NCBI GenBank assembly: GCA_903900685.1
Contig: CAIUOC010000086.1
Span: 1-52,835 of the forward strand
Length of the DNA: 52,835 nucleotides
Direction: 5' to 3'
DNA from: an uncultured Candidatus Saccharibacteria bacterium
Lineage (GTDB): Bacteria > Patescibacteriota > Saccharimonadia > Saccharimonadales > UBA4665
Shown: positions 27,591 to 37,053 of the stretch, piece by piece
Layout of the letters: each line of letters starts with the position of its first letter
Numbering within the stretch: position 1 is the stretch's first letter
Notes under the pieces: generated by a model
Seen by the model: the letters and a program-made list of their open reading frames with translations, nothing else
Database searches by the model: none
What the model was told of the DNA's origin: nothing
Translations under genes and position numbers: made by a program

Positions 27591-28853
27591 ATGGACAAAA
27601 AATTAAATAAAAAAGGTAATCCCCTCCTAGCAGTTTTTTCTACTATTTTTATAGATATGCTTGGAGTTGGAATTCTTATTCCAGTCTTCCCTCTTCTTAT
27701 ATTACCGCATAGTCCATACCGAATAACTCCAACTGGATGGAGTGTAGCAGATGGTTTTATATTACTTGGCTGGCTTAGCGCTGTTTATCCCCTAGCTCAG
27801 TTCTTTGCGGCTCCAGTTCTTGGTCAACTATCTGATAGGTATGGTAGAAAGATTGTACTGACAGTATCAATTATTGGAACTTCCTTGTCCTATGCGCTAT
27901 TTGCTATAGGAGTAGCCACCAAAAATATTCCTTTGATGTTCATAAGCAGAATAGTCGATGGGCTAACAGGGGGCAATATTTCTGTTGCACAAGCTGTTAT
28001 TGCAGATATTAGTACTCCAAAAAATAGAGCAAAGAATTTTGGGTTAGTTGGAGCGGCTTTTGGTCTTGGGTTTATTTTTGGCCCATATGTTGGGGGTAAA
28101 CTCGCGGACCCTCATGTAGTAAGCTGGTTCAGTGCTTCAACTGCTTTTTGGTTTGCAGCAATTCTTTCGGCCATTAATGCGGTAGTTGTAATTAGGTTCC
28201 TGCCTGAAACTATTAAAAAAAGATCTGCCAAGTTTACCCTGCACATTTTAGAATCTTTCTCGAATGTGATTAAGGCATTTACTAACACTGGCATTAAAAA
28301 CATTACCCCATCTACATTTTTGTTTAATGCTGGTTTCACATTTTTTACCACATTCTTTGCAGTTTTTCTAGCTGTAAGGTTTGGATTTTCACAAGGCAAT
28401 ACTGGTGATTATTTTGCATATTTTGGAATTTGGATTGCCGTAGTTCAAGGCGGCCTAATAGGAATAGTCTCTAAGAAATTTAAGGATTACCAGGTGTTGA
28501 GGTATAGTTTTTTTGGTGCTGCAATAACATTCATGACATATTTATTAATACCCAATGGTCAGCATAGATGGTTATTCGTAATTCCTCCGGTACTGGCTTT
28601 ATTTACAGGTATGACCCAAGCATTTTTGCCATCTATTATAAGTAGAGTCACGCCTAAGGAAATTCAGGGCGAGACACTTGGAATTAATACTAGTGTCAGT
28701 GCTTTGGCACAAGCAATACCGGCAATCATAGCTGGGTACGTTGCAACCATTAATACATCGGCAACAGTCATTACAGCTAGTGCACTTATTGGATTAGCAG
28801 GATTAGTTTTTTGGGTTCTCTTCAAACCTAAGAAATTCAATACAAATATTTAA
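27591..28853 (+). CDS. MFS transporter (DHA1/tetracycline-efflux-like)
   Basis: 12 TM segments, motif A GQLSDRYGRK; 420 aa. Confidence 0.85.
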   Translation: MDKKLNKKGNPLLAVFSTIFIDMLGVGILIPVFPLLILPHSPYRITPTGWSVADGFILLGWLSAVYPLAQFFAAPVLGQLSDRYGRKIVLTVSIIGTSLSYALFAIGVATKNIPLMFISRIVDGLTGGNISVAQAVIADISTPKNRAKNFGLVGAAFGLGFIFGPYVGGKLADPHVVSWFSASTAFWFAAILSAINAVVVIRFLPETIKKRSAKFTLHILESFSNVIKAFTNTGIKNITPSTFLFNAGFTFFTTFFAVFLAVRFGFSQGNTGDYFAYFGIWIAVVQGGLIGIVSKKFKDYQVLRYSFFGAAITFMTYLLIPNGQHRWLFVIPPVLALFTGMTQAFLPSIISRVTPKEIQGETLGINTSVSALAQAIPAIIAGYVATINTSATVITASALIGLAGLVFWVLFKPKKFNTNI

Positions 28854-28953
28854 TAAATGCTATTTATTTGATTAGAGAAATTCTTCAACTTATCAAAGGG
28901 TTTGATTTTCAATTCAGTAGTTTTATCATCTTCATTCATCTTAGCTCTTGTAG

Positions 28954-29259
28954 TTATATAACGTTCTGGAAGATATTTAATTCACTAGAATCTTTCATAA
29001 GCAATAGGTCATTGGATGATATTTTATTCCGCGTAAAACCCGTTCCAGACTTATAGACTATTATTGCGTCAGTTCCCGGAATACAAGCAATGATACTAAA
29101 CCCTGTCGAAGTTATCTTAGACTGCAAATCAGTATTGCTCGCCGAAGTAACCGGTTGCTGAACAATATCAGTAACAGATCTTACTGGAGGAGATTTCGCT
29201 CCCGGGATAACAGCACCATTTTCAGCAATATCTTTTACTTTCGGTATATTGTTAGGCAT
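28954..29259 (-). CDS. Hypothetical protein (101 aa), weakly supported
   Basis: ORF preceded by a minus-strand extended -10 (TGGTATAAT, 29304-29296). No SD and no recognised motif. Confidence 0.3.
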   Translation of the reverse strand: MPNNIPKVKDIAENGAVIPGAKSPPVRSVTDIVQQPVTSASNTDLQSKITSTGFSIIACIPGTDAIIVYKSGTGFTRNKISSNDLLLMKDSSELNIFQNVI

Positions 29260-29383
29260 TTGTTCTGGAGTAAATTTATTGCTTTTCGAAGATGAATTAT
29301 ACCATAAGTTTTATATATCTTTTGCGATAACTCTATGATACAATTCATCTAATTGATATAAATAAAAAGAAAGTATTAAAAAA

Positions 29384-30301
29384 ATGAAATATTTTAAATT
29401 AAAAGAATTAGATAATAAAGGTTTTAGTCTGCATTATCTTCTGCCCTTGATAATCATAGCAATTATAGCTTCAATAGGTGCGAGAGTTATTTTTACGAGT
29501 CACGCACAGACACCTACGAAGATTCCTAAAATAATTTTGAGCTACGGTCCAGATCCTACTCAGACAGTTCAAATATATGCCCAGACACAACCAAATTCAC
29601 CAGTTGTCGTTATGGTCCATGGAGGAGGCTGGAAATCGGATGTCAACGCAAACATGGAAAACATTAGCGCTGAACAGCTTAGAAATAATGGTAACGTAGT
29701 TTTTGACGTTAATTATCCTTCAGACTCAGACACTATGCCAGCTTTTCCCAACGAGATAGACAGTGTAGTGAGTGCAACTAATTATGCTATTGCAAATGCT
29801 TCCATTTACAATGGAAACGCAACGAAATTAACTTTACTCGGCGGGTCGTCAGGCGCCCAGTTAGTAGCTATGGCCGCACTGCAACTTAACAGCCTTAATA
29901 AAGGTACAGTTTCTCAAGTAATAACCCTAAGCGGACCATTTGATTTTCCTTTATTAATAGCTAATTGGGCGGCTACAGATGGTCCCATCGGTGACTTGCA
30001 TATAAATAACGAAATGGACGCCTTGGGATGTTCGAAGCCGTCTACATGCCAAGTGAGTATTGAGGATAAATGGTCACCAGATAAGCAAGTCACACATGAT
30101 AATTGTCCTGCAAATTGGTTAATACTCAACGAGAGCAATGAGACAATGCCAGTAGAACAGGCAGATGTTATGACTCGAGCCTTAAAAGCTGTAAACTGTA
30201 ACGTAACTGAAACCATAACTTCTGGTACTAAGCATTCATTTGCTTACTTTCATCCATATGATAACGGTCCTATCATAGGGAATTTTTTAACCAGAAAATA
30301 G
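29384..30301 (+). CDS. Secreted/anchored alpha/beta hydrolase (esterase/lipase-like)
   Basis: N-terminal TM or signal sequence, VVMVHGGGW oxyanion-hole motif, GGSSGA (GxSxG). Confidence 0.65.
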   Translation: MKYFKLKELDNKGFSLHYLLPLIIIAIIASIGARVIFTSHAQTPTKIPKIILSYGPDPTQTVQIYAQTQPNSPVVVMVHGGGWKSDVNANMENISAEQLRNNGNVVFDVNYPSDSDTMPAFPNEIDSVVSATNYAIANASIYNGNATKLTLLGGSSGAQLVAMAALQLNSLNKGTVSQVITLSGPFDFPLLIANWAATDGPIGDLHINNEMDALGCSKPSTCQVSIEDKWSPDKQVTHDNCPANWLILNESNETMPVEQADVMTRALKAVNCNVTETITSGTKHSFAYFHPYDNGPIIGNFLTRK

Positions 30302-30800
30302 ATTATTTTAGAATATAATTAATAGCGCTTTTAGGATGAAAATAAGATTTCGAATTTTATGTTTATATAAGTTATAGTTTACGGTCTTCTAATATATAAG
30401 ATTATTATAAAAATATCCCATGATTAAGAGTACATAATGTTGGCTCTAAGCTTATTGCTCAAAAAAAACAAAGAATAGATTATAGATTATTTTATATATC
30501 TAAACTTCCATAGTTGGATATTTAAAAAAGTACAGTAATGTACTAATCATTGATGATGCACTTGTTCATGAGCTACACTTAACAAATTAACTAAACAAAT
30601 ACTACAAAAATGATTTGCAATAGCATACTACGGACTTGTTCTTGTAGCATCTCCATCAGTGAATTAGTATAGTTAATTGAATTTGGCTGAGCGTACTGGT
30701 CTAGAACATTATTACAGGGATGAACAATAATCAGACACTAATGCCTGGACTTGTTTCGATGAATATAGCCTAACTTCTTAAAATGAGACAAATGAGACAC

Positions 30801-31124
30801 CTATGCGCCTGCTATCCTTAAATTCCTCATATTAATAAAATTTGAGGTGGCTTCCATGTATTTCAAATATTCATCTACATCGTTAGGTATTGGTGAAGAG
30901 GCAAAATTATCGAAAGGAACAGCGATCTTGACGGAAGTATAGTCATCAGATACCGCATCCTGGAGTAAAAAGAACTCAATATATTCCTTAAAGCCACCGA
31001 ATATATCAAAGAAATCCTTATATCGTGTAAGTAAAGCGTTTAACGGGCTGCTTTCTCCCAGGTAGAAGCGCCGAATGCACTCGATAGTTAAGTCTAAACG
31101 GTCTACTATTTTTTTGTTGAAGCC
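30801..31124 (-). pseudogene. 3' remnant of an uncharacterised-family gene (..IVDRLDLTIECIRRFYLGESSPL..), 5' part replaced by duplicated MFS DNA
   Basis: The track ORF 30801..31370 is chimeric. Codons from 31125 upward are antisense to a copy of MFS gene DNA. Only the C-terminal ~107 aa look like native coding sequence; the DRxDLTxECIRRxY motif is recalled from a widespread hypothetical family, unverified. Confidence 0.45.
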
Positions 31125-31367
31125 TCTTTCGGCTATAAATGCGGTAGTTGTAATTAGGTTTCTGCCTGAAACTATCAAAGAAAGATCTACCAAGTTTACC
31201 CTGCACATTTTAGAATCCTTCTCGAATGTGATTAAGGCATTTACTAACACTGGCATTAAAAACATTACCCCATCTACATTTTTATTTAATGCTGGCTTCA
31301 CATTCTTTACCACTTTCTTTGCAGTTTTTCTAGCAGTAAGGTTTGGATTTTCACAAGGCAATACTGG
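31125..31367 (+). pseudogene. Diverged duplicate of an internal MFS-transporter gene fragment (copy of 28163-28405)
   Basis: Manual alignment gives 243 bp in the same orientation with about a dozen substitutions (~95% identity). It has no start and no continuation. Confidence 0.85.
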
Positions 31368-31368
31368 C

Positions 31369-31443
31369 AATCATAGCTTCAATAGGTGCTAGAGTTATTT
31401 TTACAAGTCACGCACAGACACTTACGTAGATTCCTAAAATAAT
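31369..31443 (+). pseudogene. Diverged duplicate of the 5' part of the esterase gene (copy of ~29452/29461-29535)
   Basis: Directly joined to the MFS fragment. Four substitutions plus a 9-bp indel at a tandem near-repeat (aatcatagc/aattatagc). Confidence 0.8.
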
Positions 31444-31490
31444 AAGGCAAGAGTATATCTATTGACATTTATCAATAAAGATATATTATA

Positions 31491-32090
31491 ATGAAAATAC
31501 TTAGAGAAAAATTTTTTATGAAAACGTACGATGGAAATTCAGAAAATCAACCTCTCGGAGAAACACTCCCTCTAAACGATCTAACCTCGGGATTTGAAGT
31601 ATCACCAGTGATATTCGCGCTAGTCCATCTCAATAAACCTTTTGATGTGGCAATGATTGCTCAAACTGTAGCATCTACTTGTCATGTGCGAGTTGATTTA
31701 GTTGGACAGAGTATCGATTTCGATCATCCAAAAGTCGTTACAAAGCTAAAGTCGTGGGTCATATCTGATCCAGTTAAACTTTTGAGTGGAAAGAGCTCCC
31801 AATATGAGAGTATTGATGATTTGAAACAAAAAAATCGTGAATCACGTTTAATAGGAGCCGTTGTTACGGGCGGATCAAACCCATTCCAGTACGAATGGGA
31901 AGATAATGACATCATCGTCATTGGTGGTGCAAATGGTCTCTCAAGACAGGATGTAGAGCAAATGGACGACACTATTACTATACCTACAGTACCTGAAGTA
32001 GAATTCCTTACGGTTAGTACAGTTGTGTCTTCTCTTACATACCACATTCTTACACAAAGAGGGTTGTGGAATAAATTAGCTAGAGGGTAA
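31491..32090 (+). CDS. SpoU/TrmH-class RNA 2'-O-methyltransferase-like protein
   Basis: C-terminal IIVIGGANGLSRQDVEQMDDTITIPTVPEVEFLTVSTVVSSLTYHI matches SPOUT motifs 2-3. The start is ambiguous (ATG at 31491 or 31518). Confidence 0.6.
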   Translation: MKILREKFFMKTYDGNSENQPLGETLPLNDLTSGFEVSPVIFALVHLNKPFDVAMIAQTVASTCHVRVDLVGQSIDFDHPKVVTKLKSWVISDPVKLLSGKSSQYESIDDLKQKNRESRLIGAVVTGGSNPFQYEWEDNDIIVIGGANGLSRQDVEQMDDTITIPTVPEVEFLTVSTVVSSLTYHILTQRGLWNKLARG

Positions 32091-32132
32091 CGTTATGAAC
32101 ACGCACATAGATTTACTGAAAGGAAAAGTCAT

Positions 32133-32483
32133 CTATCTCGTTGTTAATGCCGCACCAGCATGACCGGCATCGTCTACCGAATATCCGGCTAATAATATAC
32201 TAGTACGGCCATTAGTCTGTTTTAATTGTACGGGTGTGAACACGCTAAGTAGCTGAAGCGGATTACTGTTGCCGGTGACTTTAGCTGTGTCGCGATATAG
32301 CTTCCAGCCGACCCAGCTTGCACTCACTATTCCAATTAATAAGACAGCACAAACGACACTCAGAGCTAGTCTTTTTAGACTAGGTCGTCTAAATCGAAGC
32401 TGGTGAGATATAAATGATTGCTCTCCATCACCGTAGTCCAGTGGCGGTACAGTCGCTTTACGATTTAAAATGATTCTAGACAC
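32133..32483 (-). pseudogene. LytR-CpsA-Psr (LCP) family gene, N-terminal fragment only
   Basis: Cytoplasmic tail plus TM, then NGRTSILLAGYSVDDAGHAGAALT, followed by a stop inside the conserved LCP entry motif. It is 116 aa, whereas the family is typically more than 300 aa. Confidence 0.5.
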
Positions 32484-32593
32484 TATTCACATCCTTAAAC
32501 TATTTACTAAAGTCCGCACCAGACAAGCTGCTAGCGAGACTTCCTAAAAGTTTATTGAATAGACCTTAAAATCTATTTAAAACGCCTGTTTAT

Positions 32594-33097
32594 CTAGTTG
32601 GAAGATGTAGGTGGAGCATTACCACCAGCGCTAGGGTTTACTAAAATACGAGATGCTTGGCTCGAGCTGGAACTATCGGCAATGACCGCAACGGTAGCGC
32701 CAACGCTTATGTCGCTTGTTGTGACTGTCTGGCTGTTGTCTGTAATCGTCGTAGCGCTCGTAATACTAAAGGTTTTACTAGAGCCACTTGACTGGTCATT
32801 AACGGTTATGCTGGACGCATCAACTGCCGTTACAGAGCCGAAGGTCGGTCGCTGTCCTCTGAATCCACCTCTGGGGCCACCGCCTGGACCTCCTTGACCA
32901 AAAGGGCTACCCTGACCACCAGCGCTAGCTGTAGCCTTTGGCTGATGTCCTTTTTGATATTGAATACCACCGTAGAAACTAAGTCCGCTAAAGATTAGTA
33001 CAGCGACAACAATTACTATAGGTTTTACAAAATTATTTTGTGATTGAACTTGATTGCGTGTCTTATGATGTTGCTCACCAGATGTATACTCTGTCAT
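32594..33097 (-). CDS. Membrane-anchored Gly-rich hypothetical protein, last gene of the ABC operon
   Basis: One TM, then GGQGSPFGQGGPGGGPRGGFRGQRP, then a Ser/Thr-rich beta-like region. Start lies 1 nt after the ATPase stop. Confidence 0.55.
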   Translation of the reverse strand: MTEYTSGEQHHKTRNQVQSQNNFVKPIVIVVAVLIFSGLSFYGGIQYQKGHQPKATASAGGQGSPFGQGGPGGGPRGGFRGQRPTFGSVTAVDASSITVNDQSSGSSKTFSITSATTITDNSQTVTTSDISVGATVAVIADSSSSSQASRILVNPSAGGNAPPTSSN

Positions 33098-33098
33098 A

Positions 33099-33770
33099 CT
33101 ATCTCTTTACCAGCTTTCCGTCACTCAGAATAAATGTCACATCCGTTTTGCCAGCAATGGACAAGTCGTGGGTCACTGTTAGTATAGTTGTATTCTCGGT
33201 CTTTGCTAGATCATGTAGCAAGTCAAATATCATTTTGCCCGTTTGACTATCAAGGTTACCTGTCGGTTCATCAGCCAGAATGAGCTGAGGTTTATTGGCA
33301 AGTGCGCGGGCAATTGCTACTCGCTGTTGTTCACCACCACTTAGACGCCCAGGCTTACGTTTCTGCTTATCGTCCTTTAACCCAACTTGATCAAGGAGTT
33401 TTCCAGCTCTCTCGATACGCTGCTTCTTGGGTACTTTAGCAAACTCCATAGGCAGCATAACGTTCTCTAAGGCGGTAAGGTTTGGTACCAAGTTATAGCT
33501 CTGGAAAACGTAACCGATTTTACGCCCACGATACTTTATAAGTGCCCGGTCATGCAGTTTAGTAATATCTTTATCGCCTACCATGATGTGCCCACTGGTT
33601 GGTTTATCTAGAGCGCCCAGCAAGCTGAGTAAAGTACTTTTACCACTTCCACTTTTGCCGATTATTGACGCGAATTGTCCGTCAGATACGCTGAAACTTA
33701 CATCATCCACGGCTAATACGTTTGTATCGCCTGACTTAAAAACTTTTTTTAATTCTTTAATCTGTAACAT
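33099..33770 (-). CDS. ABC transporter ATP-binding protein (MacB/LolD/FtsE-like)
   Basis: Walker A GKSGSGKST, signature LSGGEQQRVAIARAL, Walker B LILADEPT. Confidence 0.9.
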   Translation of the reverse strand: MLQIKELKKVFKSGDTNVLAVDDVSFSVSDGQFASIIGKSGSGKSTLLSLLGALDKPTSGHIMVGDKDITKLHDRALIKYRGRKIGYVFQSYNLVPNLTALENVMLPMEFAKVPKKQRIERAGKLLDQVGLKDDKQKRKPGRLSGGEQQRVAIARALANKPQLILADEPTGNLDSQTGKMIFDLLHDLAKTENTTILTVTHDLSIAGKTDVTFILSDGKLVKR

Positions 33771-33771
33771 A

Positions 33772-35112
33772 TTATTCTGCCCTCATTACTTCTGCTGGTC
33801 TTACTTTTGCTATGAAATACGATGCTAGGGTGCTACCTATAATTGCTATTACGAGGGCACCGACTAAGCCGTACAGGATTATGCTCCAGCCCACCGATCC
33901 ATGAACACTGGATAGACTATTGCCGATACCTCCAAATGCCCTTCTAAATCTGCCCGGGCCCGCTAATGTGGAGCTATTTGTGCTGTTGGTAACCAGTAAT
34001 TTGGTTATAGGGTTACCGGCCACCACGCCTATCCCAATTCCAATAACTGCCCCGAGTAAGGTAAGTGTAATCGCCTCAGTCATAAACTGAATCATGATCT
34101 TTATGTTCGACGCACCAATGGCTTTAATGACCCCGATTTCACGGCGGCGCTCACGGACAATCATAACCATAGTAAGTAGGATAATGACCGCACCAGCCAC
34201 TACCGCACCGAGTAAGCTGTACAGTGAAATAGTTTGAATGCTCTTAAGTGGCGCAATGGTTGTCTGAGCTTGTGCCGCTGCATTGGTAACATCCGCCGCT
34301 GAGCCAAGCGCATTTTTAACTGCTGTAGTAGCTGAGTCGACGTTAGTTATTGAATCTATGTTAGCGGTCGCACTGGTGATATCACCGGATTGGCTAGATA
34401 GCGTTTGCACAGTCTTAAGCGGCATAACTACTTGGTTATTGGAGAAGGTGTTACCAGCGTCAAAGATACCAACCACTGTGATATTAGTGCTATAGGCTGT
34501 AAAAGTAGATCCGACTTTTAAGTTATTCTTAGTAGCTAAACTGCTACCAATAACGGCTACATTGTCTGAGCTAGTGGACGAGAACACATTACCAGAAGTA
34601 AGTTTAAATGTGCCACCACCTAGAGTATCTGAAAGGTTTGTCGGATTAGTCGTACCATTTACCGTGACGGGTGGGGTAAAGGTCGTCGTACCGCCACTCT
34701 GACTTCTACCGAACGCATCTGGTGGTGGGGTGAAGCTTTGGCCACTGTTACCGGCAAATCGTTGACCGAGTGTGCCCGCATCGACTGCTGATACCAGATT
34801 ACTGTTGCTCGTTGTTAGCCTATCGCTTAGACTTTCATCAACTGAAGTGACATGAGCCAATTTTTGAACCTTGGCAATTTGTGTTTCTGTTAAAGGACTG
34901 CCCCCACCCGAAAAACCTCGGACGCCAGCAGGGCTAATTGATACTGTGTTGCCAACAGAACTTTCCACTGAACTTATTTTTTGGCCGACAGCTTGGTGGG
35001 CTACTAACATCGCTAGTGATAAACCTATAATTAGACCCAGTATAAGAACTATCGAAAAAGTTCGAATAGTATTTCGGAAAGCGTTCCGTATACCTCTAGT
35101 TACTACATTCAT
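33772..35112 (-). CDS. ABC transporter permease, FtsX/MacB-type
   Basis: N-terminal TM, about 250 aa of extracytoplasmic domain, and a C-terminal 3-TM FtsX-like module (IVRERRREIGVIKAIGAS). Confidence 0.8.
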   Translation of the reverse strand: MNVVTRGIRNAFRNTIRTFSIVLILGLIIGLSLAMLVAHQAVGQKISSVESSVGNTVSISPAGVRGFSGGGSPLTETQIAKVQKLAHVTSVDESLSDRLTTSNSNLVSAVDAGTLGQRFAGNSGQSFTPPPDAFGRSQSGGTTTFTPPVTVNGTTNPTNLSDTLGGGTFKLTSGNVFSSTSSDNVAVIGSSLATKNNLKVGSTFTAYSTNITVVGIFDAGNTFSNNQVVMPLKTVQTLSSQSGDITSATANIDSITNVDSATTAVKNALGSAADVTNAAAQAQTTIAPLKSIQTISLYSLLGAVVAGAVIILLTMVMIVRERRREIGVIKAIGASNIKIMIQFMTEAITLTLLGAVIGIGIGVVAGNPITKLLVTNSTNSSTLAGPGRFRRAFGGIGNSLSSVHGSVGWSIILYGLVGALVIAIIGSTLASYFIAKVRPAEVMRAE

Positions 35113-35155
35113 TAATATTCCTTTCCTTTAAGTATTGTTTTAGATGTTATCAGCT

Positions 35156-35177
35156 GAACTTTAAAGTTGGCTTAAAG
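35156..35177 (-). promoter_or_regulatory. Candidate response-regulator operator upstream of the ABC operon
   Basis: The minus-strand sequence CTTTAAGCCAACTTTAAAGTTC matches 36892-36913 at 20 of 22 positions. It has two CTTTAAG-like half-sites 11 bp apart and lies 43 nt upstream of the permease ATG. Confidence 0.45.
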
Positions 35178-35178
35178 C

Positions 35179-36198
35179 CTAAACAATCGGCAATTTGATG
35201 GTAAATACTGAGCCATGTCCAGGGTTACTGGTGACTAAAATTTCTCCATGCATCTGTCCAACTAGCTTGTCTGCAATAGAAAGGCCAAGCCCGTAGCCAT
35301 CACGTTGGTCTTTAGAACGTGATCGATCAACTCTATAGAAACGTTTAAAAATATACGGTAAGTCAGTTGCTCTAATCCCAATGCCCCGGTCACGAATATT
35401 TATATAAGCGAACTTTTCGTTTACTTCGCTTGCTAGAGTAACGGTAGCCTTGGGCTCGCTATACTTAATAGCATTATCTAGGAGAATTGCGATAACCTGT
35501 GCCAAACTTTGTTTATTGCCGAGTGCCTTGATGTTGGCTACCCCATCATTAACCGTGATGTCTTTAGCTTGAGCCAATAGAACAACTTGATTCATAGCCT
35601 CTGCCACTACCTCTTGAAGGGCAATTGGTGATAATTTAAGCGGTATATCTGTGTTACTGGCCAAGCGTAGTAGACCGTCACTAAGTTCTTGCAGCTTTAT
35701 AACATCTTCGGTGTTTTGTTTGATCACTTGTTTTGCATCTTGAAGATTCAACTTTGGCTTGCGCATGGCCACCTCATTTGTTGCTCTAATAGCAGTCAGT
35801 GGTGTTCGTAGCTCATGCGAAGCGTCACCAATAAATTGCGTCTGTGCTTCCATGGCTTCCTCTATTGGGCGTAACGTGCGGCGGGATAGATAGTAGCTTA
35901 CAGTTGCTCCAGCACCCAACGCTAGTATGTTAAGCCATACCAACCTCACCAGCAGGGCATGACGGCCCTCATCAATCCTTTGCTGCAAGAAACTTTGAAC
36001 ATCAGGCCCAAATTCATTAGGGCTAAATCCGCCACCTACTGATGATTGTGGTGGTATCTGCCTACCGAGTTGATGAAATGACGTATTATAAAAGACTATG
36101 CTAAAACCAATACTCATAAGCATAATGATTGCCAAGTATGTCATAGCCAGTCGGCCAGTGGCTGAGCGTAAAAAGCGAAATGTATTTTCTGTACTCAT
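35179..36198 (-). CDS. Sensor histidine kinase (HisKA + HATPase_c)
   Basis: 2 TM segments, H-box ASHELRTPLTAI, N-box LLDNAIKYS, G-boxes DRGIGI and GYGLGLSI. Has a 4-nt overlap with the regulator gene. Confidence 0.85.
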   Translation of the reverse strand: MSTENTFRFLRSATGRLAMTYLAIIMLMSIGFSIVFYNTSFHQLGRQIPPQSSVGGGFSPNEFGPDVQSFLQQRIDEGRHALLVRLVWLNILALGAGATVSYYLSRRTLRPIEEAMEAQTQFIGDASHELRTPLTAIRATNEVAMRKPKLNLQDAKQVIKQNTEDVIKLQELSDGLLRLASNTDIPLKLSPIALQEVVAEAMNQVVLLAQAKDITVNDGVANIKALGNKQSLAQVIAILLDNAIKYSEPKATVTLASEVNEKFAYINIRDRGIGIRATDLPYIFKRFYRVDRSRSKDQRDGYGLGLSIADKLVGQMHGEILVTSNPGHGSVFTIKLPIV

Positions 36199-36872
36199 GA
36201 GTTTTCACCAATCTTATAGCCAAAGCCTCGTACCGTCTGTATAAGTTCTGCGTCTTTGAATGGCTTATCAACTTTGGCACGGACATAGGCGACGAACACT
36301 TCGACGGTATTAGGCAAAATATTGGCATCAAAGTCCCAAACATGGGACATAATGTTGTTTTTGCTCAGTACCTGTCCTTTGTTCCGTAGCATATATTCAA
36401 GCAATGAATACTCCTTACTCGATAGCTTAATGGACTGTCCAGATCGTTTTACTTCGTGGGTGTTGGTGTTAAGTGTTAGTTCACCCACTTTAAGTATTTC
36501 GCCAATGGATTCATTGGGTCGACGCATCAAGGCACGTACACGCGCTAACAGTACTTCAAACGAGAATGGTTTTGGCAGATAATCATCGGCTCCTGCGTCT
36601 AGTCCATGGACGATATCGTGATTCTGGTCTTTTGCAGTTAACATAAGTATCGGTGTATGGTTACCCTCTGCCCGAAGTTTCCTGCATACCTCAATGCCAT
36701 CCATCCCGGGTAGCATTACATCCAAGATAATCAGATCGTACTCATCGGCACTGGCAGTATTATAGCCATCTTCACCGTCATGACAGACGTCTACAGCATA
36801 GCTCTCTTGCTCCAGCCCCTCCTTGAGGGCTTGGGCTATTCGATGTTCATCCTCAATTACTAGTAATCTCAT
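36195..36872 (-). CDS. OmpR/PhoB-family response regulator
   Basis: MRLLVIEDE..., DLIILDVMLPGMDG, LMLTAKD, and a winged-helix C-terminus (..VRGFGYKI). Confidence 0.9.
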   Translation of the reverse strand: MRLLVIEDEHRIAQALKEGLEQESYAVDVCHDGEDGYNTASADEYDLIILDVMLPGMDGIEVCRKLRAEGNHTPILMLTAKDQNHDIVHGLDAGADDYLPKPFSFEVLLARVRALMRRPNESIGEILKVGELTLNTNTHEVKRSGQSIKLSSKEYSLLEYMLRNKGQVLSKNNIMSHVWDFDANILPNTVEVFVAYVRAKVDKPFKDAELIQTVRGFGYKIGENS

Positions 36873-36878
36873 AACTAC

Positions 36879-36913
36879 ATTATAGAGTGTAGAACTTTAA
36901 AATTAGCTTAAAG
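36879..36913 (-). promoter_or_regulatory. Two-component operon promoter: operator copy plus TATAAT 6 nt from the ATG
   Basis: Minus strand reads CTTTAAGCTAATTTTAAAGTTC (36913-36892), 7 nt, TATAAT (36884-36879), 6 nt, ATG (36872). Confidence 0.45.
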
Positions 36914-37018
36914 AACTGGCTTCACACGGCTTTCATGGTGTTTGATTGATAATGGTGACAAAAGCCGAAAATGTACCTGACTGAAATGCTCAGTCGGAAA
37001 GTAATTAACAAACGCAAA

Positions 37019-37053
37019 AGCTCAAAATAAGCACATGGGTCTGATTTTGAGCT
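37019..37053. repeat. Perfect 10-bp inverted repeat AGCTCAAAAT-N15-ATTTTGAGCT
   Basis: Arms at 37019-37028 and 37044-37053 in the divergent intergenic region. No T-run follows on either strand. Confidence 0.6.

Noticed and set aside
28112-28399. Minus-strand ORF antisense to the MFS gene that reappears 'conserved' in 30801..31370, together with plus-strand ORF 31075..31392 and minus-strand ORF 31018..31206
   Set aside because: The apparent conservation exists only because the underlying MFS DNA segment is duplicated (28163-28405 = 31125-31367). The sense frame is the MFS transporter, so these are not independent genes.
30302-30800. 500-bp ORF-free stretch examined for an ncRNA, integrase remnant or tandem repeats (e.g. 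aatgagaca x2 at 30782-30799; palindrome gtacagtaatgtac at about 30530-30543)
   Set aside because: No tRNA/tmRNA/RNase P-like motifs and no translatable remnant longer than about 20 codons were found. The small repeats are trivial in AT-rich DNA. It is treated as decayed junction DNA within the island finding.
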